Assembly (NCBI GenBank): GCA_024684675.1
Contig: JAIKWO010000134.1
Span: forward strand, 920 to 64,919
DNA: 64,000 nt
Direction of reading: 5' to 3'
Source: Lachnospiraceae bacterium
GTDB taxonomy: Bacteria; Bacillota; Clostridia; Lachnospirales; Lachnospiraceae
Every line of letters starts with the position of its first letter. Position 1 is the first letter of the stretch. The translations under genes and the position numbers were made by a program. Positions 1 to 8,676 of this stretch are shown here, piece by piece. The notes beneath the pieces were generated by a model. The model saw only the letters and a program-made list of their open reading frames with translations, was not told the origin of the DNA and ran no database searches.

Positions 1-413
1 ATATATACGCCGAAATCTTTCAGACCGGTGGCTCGTTCGACCTGCTCTACAAGATAAAGCAAACGATCTTTGTGGTTCTTGATATGGTATATTCCGCCAT
101 TGAGACTGGTTCCGTATAGATTTTTGAATAGGCGTTCGAGCGTGATGATCTGCCATCCGTTGGAAAAATCGCGACTTTTGCATCCACGATAGATTTGTTT
201 TTTATACCGGATCTCCTCAGGCTCGTAAAGTACATATTCCTCACCGGAAAGCGAAGAATAACGCAAAAGCTTTGAAACAATGCATTCCGCCAGACCTTCG
301 TAGCCTGTTTGATCTGCTTTGTACCAGAAGCCGTCCTTTTCCCATTTCAATTGGTTTCCCTTGGAAGACCTTCTTCCCAATTCCTGAAGATTTCCTTCGA
401 ACAATTCGATCAT
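1..413 (-). CDS. HipA/HipT-like (CtkA-type) Ser/Thr kinase, N-terminal part, truncated by the window edge
   Basis: Not in the ORF track; translated by hand from ATG at 413: MIELFEGNLQELGRRSSKGNQLKWEKDGFWYKADQTGYEGLAECIVSKLL...GCKSRDFSNGWQIITLERLF..., open to base 1. SSKGNQLK resembles the HipA Gly-rich loop plus beta3 Lys, and E-x-x-x-S-x-L the alphaC helix. Starts 3 nt after the stop of the 417..965 gene. The catalytic motifs lie outside the window. Confidence 0.7.
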   Translation of the reverse strand, partial: MIELFEGNLQELGRRSSKGNQLKWEKDGFWYKADQTGYEGLAECIVSKLLRYSSLSGEEYVLYEPEEIRYKKQIYRGCKSRDFSNGWQIITLERLFKNLYGTSLNGGIYHIKNHKDRLLYLVEQVERATGLKDFGVY

Positions 414-416
414 GTG

Positions 417-965
417 TTACCTTTCTAACTTAATCCAAAAGTGGTCTTCTGCCATGCGTCCCTGCGTTTTTTCAATGATCATAATGGGGTCATAAAACGG
501 TATCCCCAGGTGTTCCAATTCCAGCTTAACTTTATCACGCGTGCGGGGAAAACATCTTGATTCAATGAATTCCTCGTAATCTGTAAAAGTAGGTTCTGTA
601 TTTTTTCCAAATGCACGAAAAAGAATGTCGTCAGTATAATTCTTTATCTCAACTCGTTGACTCATCTCGTCCACATCGATGATTGTGCATACACTATCTT
701 CGTACATATAATACAAACGGAGCTTGAGACGATTGGCGGGAACGTGAAGCTTCTCCGGAAGGAATCGGTCTCGCCAAAGTAGTTCTATCAAAAGGACGAC
801 CGGCCCGGTAATCGGGTGTGAACCGGCCTCCCAACGCTCCACGGTTGGTTTTGATGTGCCGATGAATTCAGCAAATTCACGTTGCGTCATATGTAATGAA
901 GAACGGATCTCTTTGATCCGTGCTCCCGTTGTATACGCAGGGATGATATATTTTCTGTTATGCAT
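417..965 (-). CDS. XRE-family HTH protein fused to a HipA-N/HipS-like domain (putative antitoxin/autorepressor)
   Basis: N-terminal HTH_XRE (IKEIRSSLHMTQREFAEFIGTSKPTVERWEAG). The C-terminal F-x-E-S-R-C-F-P-x-x-R...D-H-F-W segment resembles the HipA N-terminal subdomain. SD AAGGAG at 973-978. Confidence 0.7.
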   Translation of the reverse strand: MHNRKYIIPAYTTGARIKEIRSSLHMTQREFAEFIGTSKPTVERWEAGSHPITGPVVLLIELLWRDRFLPEKLHVPANRLKLRLYYMYEDSVCTIIDVDEMSQRVEIKNYTDDILFRAFGKNTEPTFTDYEEFIESRCFPRTRDKVKLELEHLGIPFYDPIMIIEKTQGRMAEDHFWIKLER

Positions 966-985
966 ACGGATACTCCTTTATAAAT

Positions 986-1041
986 ATTAAACCATTAAAA
1001 TAATGGCAAGTCAATGGATAAAAGCCGTCATTTTAATGGTT
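986..1041 (-). promoter_or_regulatory. sigma-A promoter with two palindromic operators for the HTH/kinase operon
   Basis: Minus strand TTGACT (1009-1014), 17-nt spacer, TTTAAT (986-991). The spacer holds the perfect palindrome CCATTA-AAA-TAATGG (992-1006); a second imperfect copy CCGTCA-TTT-TAATGG lies at 1025-1039. Confidence 0.7.
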
Positions 1042-1066
1042 CATAGCGATTAAGCAAATATGGAAA

Positions 1067-1096
1067 TGAGCCACGAACCTCGTCCCCGAGGGCTCA
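1067..1096. repeat. Degenerate single-arm copy of the REP-like palindrome at 19157-19226
   Basis: TGAGCCACGAACCTCGTCCCCGAGGGCTCA matches the right arm TGAGCCACGAACCCCGTCCCCAAGAGCCCA at 26 of 30 positions. Confidence 0.75.
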
Positions 1097-2662
1097 ATTC
1101 CAGCGGAGTGCCAGCATGGTCAGGTCATCGAATTGATCGGCACCGGCGACGAAGGCGTCAATATCTTCTTTAACGCTTGCAAGGAGCCCTGCGGGATCGG
1201 AATCCTTCCGGCAATTAAGGGCTTCAAGCATTCTGTCGGTTCCGTACATTTCATCATCCGCTCTCGTTGCTTCCGGAACGCCGTCGGTATATACGAACAG
1301 CGCATCGCCGTGATGGAGCTCGAACGGATGCTCCTCAAACGGGATTCCTTCCATGACAGCTACTGCGGGAGAATGCCTGTATTCTACAAGCTCCCAATTG
1401 CCGTCGGCTCTTCGGATCGCAGGATGTTCGTGTCCGGCATTCGCTGCCATACCTTTGCCGGTAGATACTTCAATGATCGCCATCCATACGGTGACGAAAA
1501 GCTGCGAATCATTGCCTGCACAGAGCTGATCGTTCGCATAGGAAAGCACCTCAGCGGGTGACCCCATGAGCTGCGCACGGTTCTTGATGAGAGTCTTGGC
1601 GATGACCATAAAGAGAGCGGCCGGTACACCTTTTCCCGAAACATCTGCGATGACAAGCGCAAGATGATCATTGTCTACAAAGAAAAAATCGTAGAAATCA
1701 CCGCCCACTTCCTTGGCGGGCATCATTGTTGCGTAAATGTCGAATTCGCTCCGTTCAGGGAACGGCGGAAAAATTCTGGGGAGCATGTCGGCCTGAATCT
1801 GCGTAGCGACATTGAGCTCTGCTTCGATGCGTCCTTTTGCGGCGGAAATCGCAGCATTTTCTTCGATGTAGTGCCTGATATCCTGATACATCTTCGTGAA
1901 GGAATCAGCCAGCGTTTCCAATTCATCGCCTGTATGGATATCAATTACGGGCATGTCATTTTTTTCAAGATCTGATGTGAGGCGCCTTGCAGCCTCATCC
2001 AGACGGTGGATGGGGCGAACGATCTGCCTGTTTAACGAGACATAATATAAGTACCCTGCGATGAGCGTGCCGATTAGGATCGTGATGAAGATGATCGAGG
2101 CAAAATGCAGGATGTTTTCTTCGATATCCGGGGTGGAGAGGTCAAGCCCGACAAGTGCGACCGGTTCGCCGGCGCTGTTAAATACGGGGTAGAAGCCGCA
2201 GGCAATATTCCCGTATGTCGGGTCGCGATAGAACGTGATCTCCTGAACGGGATCTTTTCGGAAGGTCATATCACGGGTTTCCTTGCCGCCGTCCATGTAA
2301 TTCTCATGCATCCCAAGCCATTCATAGGGGTGCTCGGCGGTCTGCCATACATAAACAAGGTCATCCTCATACGGAACGAACACATAGAACAGCTGCATAG
2401 CCGTTTCTTGCTGCGTCAGCGTGAGGTATTTGAGCACCTCGTCGTAATAGGCATCCGGCTTGCCTGTTTCAAGATAGCCTTCGATGCGGTCGCCGTCGAT
2501 CAGGTTGGATGCCGTATGAAGATATCCGTATACAAGGTCGTTGTATTCGGCGATACGTAGTTTATAGTACCGGTATCCCGTGAGCACGCCGGCAATCAGG
2601 ACGATGATAGTGGAAAACAGGAACAGACGAGCGATGACTTTTCTTTGAATTCCCTTCTTCAT
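1094..2662 (-). CDS. Membrane SpoIIE/RsbU-family PP2C phosphatase with extracellular sensor and HAMP domain
   Basis: Two TM helices around an extracytoplasmic domain, a HAMP (IVRPIHRL...TGDELETLADSF), and PP2C motifs EVGGDFYD, IADVSGKG, ANAGH, YTDGV, DDLT. Start set at ATG 2662 (MKKGIQ). Confidence 0.9.
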   Translation of the reverse strand: MKKGIQRKVIARLFLFSTIIVLIAGVLTGYRYYKLRIAEYNDLVYGYLHTASNLIDGDRIEGYLETGKPDAYYDEVLKYLTLTQQETAMQLFYVFVPYEDDLVYVWQTAEHPYEWLGMHENYMDGGKETRDMTFRKDPVQEITFYRDPTYGNIACGFYPVFNSAGEPVALVGLDLSTPDIEENILHFASIIFITILIGTLIAGYLYYVSLNRQIVRPIHRLDEAARRLTSDLEKNDMPVIDIHTGDELETLADSFTKMYQDIRHYIEENAAISAAKGRIEAELNVATQIQADMLPRIFPPFPERSEFDIYATMMPAKEVGGDFYDFFFVDNDHLALVIADVSGKGVPAALFMVIAKTLIKNRAQLMGSPAEVLSYANDQLCAGNDSQLFVTVWMAIIEVSTGKGMAANAGHEHPAIRRADGNWELVEYRHSPAVAVMEGIPFEEHPFELHHGDALFVYTDGVPEATRADDEMYGTDRMLEALNCRKDSDPAGLLASVKEDIDAFVAGADQFDDLTMLALRWN

Positions 2663-2675
2663 AATATGCGAGCCT

Positions 2676-3803
2676 TTACCCTTTCTTCGATTTTCTCCCC
2701 CAAAGAAGCGCAAGCGGATACGTGATCAGGAAGATCAGAAGCGACAGGAGAAGCGTCGGTCCGGTCGAAAGCTCCTGCGTACCGCGAATTGCATATAATA
2801 CGACATTGGTTGACATAACAACAAGGAACCAGTGAATGATGTAGACATGTGTGATATTTTTGCTCAGACTGATGATAAAAGCATGCAAACGTCTGCTGAT
2901 GTGTTTCAGGATCAGAAAATTGAGTCCAAGGACGCCGACAGCGAAAGCTGCATAGGCGAGCGCATCATACCAGAGCGCATGATAGTAGCAATTCTCGCTG
3001 TACAAAAGTGTCCGGCCGCTGTCCATCTGACCGAAACCGTAGAAGTATTCGATTATGAAAAAAGCGGTGCTTGCCACAAGCGGAATCGGTGATATACGGG
3101 CGTAGAATGCCCCTTTATCCTCCACTTTTATCAGGATTTTCCCAAAGAAATATCCGCAAAGCGGCACGATGAACCAGTTAAGGAGCGGAAAATCAGACAT
3201 GACATACAACCCCGCTGTATCTTCCGTGCCGATCACGTGCCCAAGTGCAATGTTGAGCGCAGTGCTGCCGGTATCAAAGTGGCGGATGAGCGATCCGGCG
3301 ACTGACATAACGAGTGCTAGACCGGCAATCCATTTCTCGGGGATTTTAAAGTGCAATAGAAGTCCTAAAAGCAGGAAGAACAGACCTGCAAATTGAAGCA
3401 CGTCGTTCCCGAATACGCGATACGGAAGCGGCGTGATAAATTTGTCGGCATTTTTGGTTATGGCATATCCTGTCATATACGGAATAAAGAATCTCCAGAT
3501 GTTGAGAAGGAAACCTGCAAAAAACAGGAGACGCCCTCTGCGCATCATGTCTGTGGGCAGATTCTTTTTGGAATAATGGATGCAGGCACCCATAACGAAC
3601 AGAAACATCGGAGCACCCAAAGGCTGCCCGATCACGATATTGAAAAAGAATGGAATCGGATCATAAATCCGCTCAACCGGTGTGCATTCAATCACAGTGT
3701 GCACGAACGGAAGGCAGAAAACGGGGAGTGCTCTTGCGAGATCCATTTCGTACTGCCTCGTCGTGTTGTTGTGTTGAGTGGAAATATGATCTTTGATTGA
3801 CAT
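2676..3803 (-). CDS. Polytopic membrane protein, DUF1624 / heparan-alpha-glucosaminide N-acetyltransferase-like acyltransferase
   Basis: R-x-x-x-x-D-x-A-R...H N-terminal motif, APMFLFVMG, about 10 hydrophobic segments, YIIHW near the C-terminus. Confidence 0.6.
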   Translation of the reverse strand: MSIKDHISTQHNNTTRQYEMDLARALPVFCLPFVHTVIECTPVERIYDPIPFFFNIVIGQPLGAPMFLFVMGACIHYSKKNLPTDMMRRGRLLFFAGFLLNIWRFFIPYMTGYAITKNADKFITPLPYRVFGNDVLQFAGLFFLLLGLLLHFKIPEKWIAGLALVMSVAGSLIRHFDTGSTALNIALGHVIGTEDTAGLYVMSDFPLLNWFIVPLCGYFFGKILIKVEDKGAFYARISPIPLVASTAFFIIEYFYGFGQMDSGRTLLYSENCYYHALWYDALAYAAFAVGVLGLNFLILKHISRRLHAFIISLSKNITHVYIIHWFLVVMSTNVVLYAIRGTQELSTGPTLLLSLLIFLITYPLALLWGRKSKKG

Positions 3804-3807
3804 GATC

Positions 3808-4503
3808 TTACGGTTTTAAATCGAAATAGGAATAATTCTGCCTGATGTGTTCACGCATCGTCTGCTCTGCGAGAACTTCATTCTTTCGCTTCATAGCGTC
3901 GATGATCTTACGGTGAAAATTAAGCGCGGGCTTATATTTCATCTTTTCAATAACGGAGTTCATGGACTCTGTCAGAACGTTGAGCAAGATTTCGTATGCT
4001 TTGATCATCATCGGATTATCCGTCAACTTTACAATAACCATATGGAATTTCAGATCGTATTTGGAAAAAGCCTCGCCGTCATCGTTGTCGGCGGCTTCTT
4101 TCATTTTAGTAAGCAAATCTTCAAGCTTGTTGACATGGCGATCATCAATTCTGGTGGTTGCGATCCGGACGCTTTCTGAATCAATCATCTCACGAAATTG
4201 GAATACGTGCAACTGAGAAGGCTTTCCAATATACATAAGCGGGATCAGATCGTTTAATGAATCTTCAGGATTGAGTTCTCTTACATAAGATCCGGATCCC
4301 GTGCGCGTCTCGATCAGACCGAGCGCTTTAAGCTTCTGCATAGCCTGACGAATGGTCATGCGGCTGACACCGAATGTGACGGACAGCTCATTCTCCGAAG
4401 GGAGCTTGTCGCCTGAACGCCAGGTGCCTTCAATGAGGAGGCGCTGCATTTGTTCAAAAACCTGCTCCACCACATTGATCTTCTGAATCGGTTGAATGTT
4501 CAT
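3808..4503 (-). CDS. GntR/FadR-family transcriptional regulator
   Basis: GDKLPSENELSVTFGVSRMTIRQA wHTH plus an FCD domain (DLKFH...NP...H...HI). Divergent from the transketolase operon. Confidence 0.93.
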   Translation of the reverse strand: MNIQPIQKINVVEQVFEQMQRLLIEGTWRSGDKLPSENELSVTFGVSRMTIRQAMQKLKALGLIETRTGSGSYVRELNPEDSLNDLIPLMYIGKPSQLHVFQFREMIDSESVRIATTRIDDRHVNKLEDLLTKMKEAADNDDGEAFSKYDLKFHMVIVKLTDNPMMIKAYEILLNVLTESMNSVIEKMKYKPALNFHRKIIDAMKRKNEVLAEQTMREHIRQNYSYFDLKP

Positions 4504-4571
4504 GTTTTCCCCTTTTTTGTTCCCCTATACATGCTGAATATACCTGTTTGTTACATAGCTATACAAGTATA

Positions 4572-4820
4572 GTTGTATATCAGGTTTTGAGTTATTATAA
4601 CGTTCCTGATGGCATCCTGTCAAAGATATTTTTAAATAGATTTTTTATACGCACGTATCTATATATGCAATAGTTGACTGAAAATTATACAACTCGACGG
4701 ATTATTTGTGCGATTTATACAAAAAAGTGAGATGAAGATATCATAGTTTGACCAATTGACTTTCGAATGACGGTCGCGATAAAATGACCTTAACCTGTTA
4801 TACAACTTACAACTTACAGC
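4572..4820. promoter_or_regulatory. Divergent fadR/tkt control region with two FadR-type operators and a sigma-A promoter
   Basis: GTTGTATATCAGGT (4572-4585) and its near-exact reverse complement ACCTGTTATACAAC (4793-4806), followed by TTACAAC/TTACAGC half-sites. Plus-strand TTGACT (4756-4761), 18 nt, TAAAAT (4780-4785). Confidence 0.6.
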
Positions 4821-4899
4821 AAACAGCTCACAACATACATGTAAGTCGCATGACAGGGGGGAAACGAAAACTGCTATAAGAGGCTGGAGGAGAAATATC

Positions 4900-5721
4900 A
4901 TGGCATATAGCGAAGAATTAATCACATCACTTAAAGAAAAGGGGCAACTGCTCAGACGCGACTGCATCAAATGTATCGGTGTAGGCGTAGCCGGACATGT
5001 AGGCGGTAGCTGCTCGAGTGCGGATCTTGTTGCTGCACTTTATTTCTACAAAATGAAAGTTGATCCGAAGAACCCGGAATGGGAAGACAGAGATTACTTC
5101 CTTCTTTCCAAAGGACACGTAGCGATTCTGCAGTACGCAGCACTCGCTGAAAGAGGATACTTCTCGGTAGACGATCTTCCTCATTGCAAGGACGTTGGAT
5201 TCTATCTGCAGGGTCATCCGCATCTTGGAACACCCGGTATTGAAGCAGGTACAGGATCCCTTGGACAGGGCTTATCCCTTGGTTCCGGTATGGCGCTCGG
5301 CCTGAAGATGGACGGCAAGAAGAACCGCGTATACGTTCTCGTTGGCGACGGCGAGATGGACGAAGGACAGATCTGGGAAGCAGCAATGTCCTCAAGCGCA
5401 AAGAAGCTTTCTAACCTCTGCGCGATCATCGACAACAACGGCATGCAGGCACAGGGCAAGATCGCAGACAGACTTCCGAACGAGCCGATCGCAGATAAAT
5501 GGAAAGCATTTGGCTGGAACGTGATCGAGATCGATGGCCATAATATGGAAGAAATCGTGGCAGCACTTGATGAAGCTGAGAAGTGCACAGACAGACCGAC
5601 AGCCATCGTAGCGCACACCGTAAAAGGTAAGGGCATCAGCTTTGCGGAGAACCAGGCGGGCTTCCATAACAGAGCTCTTACACAGGAAGAATACGACAAG
5701 GCACTCGAAGAACTCGCATAA
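4900..5721 (+). CDS. Transketolase, N-terminal (ThDP-binding) subunit
   Basis: GHVGGS, LSKGH, LQGHP, GSLGQG and the ThDP motif GDGE...IIDNN; SD GGAGG. Confidence 0.93.
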   Translation: MAYSEELITSLKEKGQLLRRDCIKCIGVGVAGHVGGSCSSADLVAALYFYKMKVDPKNPEWEDRDYFLLSKGHVAILQYAALAERGYFSVDDLPHCKDVGFYLQGHPHLGTPGIEAGTGSLGQGLSLGSGMALGLKMDGKKNRVYVLVGDGEMDEGQIWEAAMSSSAKKLSNLCAIIDNNGMQAQGKIADRLPNEPIADKWKAFGWNVIEIDGHNMEEIVAALDEAEKCTDRPTAIVAHTVKGKGISFAENQAGFHNRALTQEEYDKALEELA

Positions 5722-5744
5722 GAGTAGAAAAGGAGAACAATATC

Positions 5745-6680
5745 ATGGCTGAGAATAATCAGAGAAATGCATACGGCCAGACTCTTGTGGAGCTGTGCCG
5801 TAAGAATAAAAACATCGTAGCACTTGACGCCGATCTCGGCGGATCGACCATGGGCAAGATGATCGAAGTTGAGCCCGGCATGGAAGAGAATCACATTGAG
5901 ATGGGTATCGCGGAAGCAAACATGCTTTCCACAGCAGGCGGTCTCGCAAGAGTAGGCAAGATCCCGTTCTGCAGCTCTTTCGCAGTTTTCGCCGCAGGCA
6001 GAGCATACGACCAGATCAGACAGTCCATCGCAATCGGTAAATTAAACGTTAAGATCTGCGGCTCTTCCGCAGGTTGCTCCGATTTCGGTGACGGCGCAAC
6101 ACATCAGTCCGTTGATGATATCGCGATCATGCGTGTCATCCCGAACATGGGTGTATTCGTACCGGCAGATGCAAACGAGACAGTAGCGATCACAAAATAC
6201 ATGGCTGAGCATGAGGGCCCGATGTATATCCGCGTGAACCGCAACTCTTATGAAAATGTAACACCTGAGAATGCAACATTCGTTCCCGGAGAACCGGTTG
6301 TACTTCGTGAAGGTACGGACATCGCAGTTTTCGCATGCGGCATTATGACCGTTAAGGCTATGGAAGCTGCAAAGCAGCTCGAAGGCAAGATCTCCGTTAA
6401 GGTTGTTAACGTTCCTTCTATTAAACCGCTCAACGCTGACAGCGTTGTAAAGATCGCAAAATCCGTGAAAGCTGTTGTTACGGCTGAAGAGCACAGCGTG
6501 ATCGGCGGTCTCGGCGGTGCAATCGCAGAAGCATTAAGACTTGAGCCTACACCGGTTGAGTTCGTGGGTATCGATGATCGTTTCGGCGAATCCGCACACA
6601 ACTATACAGATATCATGAATCATCTTGGATTGACCACAGAGCACATCGTGGAGACGATCGAGAAGATGAACGCAAGATAA
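5745..6680 (+). CDS. Transketolase, C-terminal (pyrimidine-binding) subunit
   Basis: DADL, MGIAE, RAYDQIR, DGATHQ, GPMYIR, EEHSVIGGLG. Confidence 0.93.
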   Translation: MAENNQRNAYGQTLVELCRKNKNIVALDADLGGSTMGKMIEVEPGMEENHIEMGIAEANMLSTAGGLARVGKIPFCSSFAVFAAGRAYDQIRQSIAIGKLNVKICGSSAGCSDFGDGATHQSVDDIAIMRVIPNMGVFVPADANETVAITKYMAEHEGPMYIRVNRNSYENVTPENATFVPGEPVVLREGTDIAVFACGIMTVKAMEAAKQLEGKISVKVVNVPSIKPLNADSVVKIAKSVKAVVTAEEHSVIGGLGGAIAEALRLEPTPVEFVGIDDRFGESAHNYTDIMNHLGLTTEHIVETIEKMNAR

Positions 6681-6696
6681 GAGAGGAGATTATCAC

Positions 6697-7593
6697 ATGA
6701 AAGTAGGTTTTATCGGACTTGGTATCATGGGTCGCCCCATGTGTAAGAATCTTTTGAAGGCAGGTTACGAAGTAACCGCATTCGATCCTTTTGCAAAGGA
6801 AGCGCTGGATGACGTTGTATCCTGCGGCGCTGCAAGAGGCGAGAGCAACGCAGATGTTGCATCCAAGAGTGATGTTGTTATCACAATGGTTCCCAATTCT
6901 CCGCATGTTCGCGAAGCGATCTTCGGTGAAAAAGGTGTTGCGGAAGGCGCAAAGAAGGGCCTCGATGTTATCGACATGAGCTCCATCGCTCCGCTTCAGT
7001 CCAAGGACATCGCTGAGAAGTGTGCAGAGAAAGGCATCAACATGATGGATGCTCCGGTATCCGGCGGCGAACCGAAGGCGATCGACGGTACACTTTCCAT
7101 TATGTGCGGTGGCCCGAAGGCAATGTTTGATAAGTATACAGAGCTTCTTGGAAAGCTTGGCGCATCCGTTGTTCACTGCGGTGATGTAAACGGTGCCGGC
7201 AACACAACCAAACTGGCTAACCAGGTAATCGTTGCCGTAAACATTGCAGCATGCGCAGAAGCATTCGAACTTGCTACCATGGCAGGCGTTGATCCCGAGA
7301 AAGTTTTCGCAGCGATTAAGGGCGGTCTTGCAGGCTCCACTGTTATGAACGCAAAAGTTCCGATGATGCTGGATGGCAACTTCAAGCCCGGATTCCGTAT
7401 CGATCTGCACATCAAGGATCTGAACAATGCACTTGATACAGGCCACGGCGTTGGTACACCGATGATCCTGACAAGTGCCGTACAGGAAATGATGCAGTGG
7501 CTGCACAACAACAATGCAGGCAGCGACGATCATAGTGCGATCCTAAAATACTATGAGAAGATCTCCGGCGTTGAAATGAGAAAACAGAAATAA
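6697..7593 (+). CDS. garR: 2-hydroxy-3-oxopropionate (tartronate semialdehyde) reductase
   Basis: MKVGFIGLGIMGRPM, DMSSIAP, DAPVSGGEPKAIDGTLSIM, KLANQVIV, FKPGFRIDLHIKDL, DHSA; strongly GarR-like. Confidence 0.88.
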   Translation: MKVGFIGLGIMGRPMCKNLLKAGYEVTAFDPFAKEALDDVVSCGAARGESNADVASKSDVVITMVPNSPHVREAIFGEKGVAEGAKKGLDVIDMSSIAPLQSKDIAEKCAEKGINMMDAPVSGGEPKAIDGTLSIMCGGPKAMFDKYTELLGKLGASVVHCGDVNGAGNTTKLANQVIVAVNIAACAEAFELATMAGVDPEKVFAAIKGGLAGSTVMNAKVPMMLDGNFKPGFRIDLHIKDLNNALDTGHGVGTPMILTSAVQEMMQWLHNNNAGSDDHSAILKYYEKISGVEMRKQK

Positions 7594-7601
7594 AATAACG
7601 G

Positions 7602-7643
7602 AAAAAGAGTTCTTCCGGCAGGTGCCGGAAGAACCCCCTTTTT
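7602..7643. terminator. Bidirectional intrinsic terminator between garR and the iclR gene
   Basis: GTTCTTCCGGCA / TGCCGGAAGAAC stem with an A-run before and a T-run after, between convergent genes. Confidence 0.8.
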
Positions 7644-7649
7644 CAAGAT

Positions 7650-8414
7650 TTATGGGCGTTCACTGATCTCCATTGCGGATAGGATCTGTTCGATTCTGGA
7701 CTTTGCCTCGTTAAGAAGCTGCTTGAACGAGTCTTCCCTGTCTTTGGTATAGCGGAAGATCGGAACGGAAATGCTGATCGCGGCAGCGATCGCATTGCCT
7801 TTGCAGACCGGGACGGCGATACATCTGATGAATTCGTTGGATTCTTCGGATTCATATGCGTAGCCCTCCGTTTTGATCGCTTGCAGCTGCTCATACAGAA
7901 CGTCCATATTTGTGATCGTGTTTTTTGTGATCGCTTTAAGCCCATCGGGATAGAGCTTGTTGAGATCGGAAAGCGTACGATCCGAAAGAAGCGCTTTACC
8001 AAGCGCGGTGCTGTAAGCGGGAAGCTTATTTCCGATGGAAGATACCATGCGGATCGCCTGCGGGGAATCGGCTTTTTTGAGGTAGTAGGTGTCACCTTCA
8101 CTCAGGATCGCATAATGTGTGGTCTCCTGACATCTCTCTGTTACATCTTTTAAGATGTCCTCAATCAGTGCCATATGATCCTGATGTGACAGAAAACAGT
8201 TGCCGACCAGGAAGGCTGAAAGGCCGATCGCCAGATGCTGGTTGTCTCTCATCTGAACGAAACCTCGCGAGATCAGCGAATGGATGATCGGACTCAGCGT
8301 ACTCTTCGGGATATCCAGCATGGCGCTGATGTCTGAAAAAGTATGTGAGCCCGGGTTGTCGGCGATCAGCTGGAGGATATCCAGGATACGTTCGGTGGTG
8401 CGGTGTCCGCTCAT
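7650..8414 (-). CDS. IclR-family transcriptional regulator
   Basis: HTH LDIPKSTLSPIIHSL; effector domain PAYSTALGKALL, GYAYESEE...IRCIAVP, AISIS. Confidence 0.93.
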   Translation of the reverse strand: MSGHRTTERILDILQLIADNPGSHTFSDISAMLDIPKSTLSPIIHSLISRGFVQMRDNQHLAIGLSAFLVGNCFLSHQDHMALIEDILKDVTERCQETTHYAILSEGDTYYLKKADSPQAIRMVSSIGNKLPAYSTALGKALLSDRTLSDLNKLYPDGLKAITKNTITNMDVLYEQLQAIKTEGYAYESEESNEFIRCIAVPVCKGNAIAAAISISVPIFRYTKDREDSFKQLLNEAKSRIEQILSAMEISERP

Positions 8415-8460
8415 TTTTGTACCTGCCTTTCTCTATTATAGAAACGTAAATAGGAATCGT

Positions 8461-8628
8461 GTTCGCGATTACGCACATTCTAGCACAAATTTTTAGTCTT
8501 GGAAATAACGTCACTTCGACGAAAATTTACTGAAAATATTGTCCATTTTGACCAATTGACTGACCGAGGTCAGGGCGCTATATTTTAGATAGTTCGATAT
8601 ACTGATAGATGTTCGTATATACGAACAT
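8461..8628. promoter_or_regulatory. IclR operators and promoter of the cyclase/ABC/dgo operon
   Basis: Perfect 20-bp palindrome ATGTTCGTATATACGAACAT (8609-8628) and related GTTCG-N6-CGCAC (8461-8476), both fitting the IclR GTNCG-N5/6-CGNAC pattern. TTGACT (8556-8561), 17 nt, TATATT (8579-8584). Confidence 0.7.
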
Positions 8629-8676
8629 GAAAATGAGACGCGAAAGAACTGTTTACGAAGATGAAGGAGTGAGGGG

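Noticed and set aside
47..280. 77-aa ORF from the track
   Set aside because: Out-of-frame shadow of the kinase-like ORF that starts at 413 on the same strand.
4659..4970. 103-aa minus-strand ORF, and similar 8511..8768
   Set aside because: They span AT-rich promoter regions and overlap real gene starts; no coding signature.
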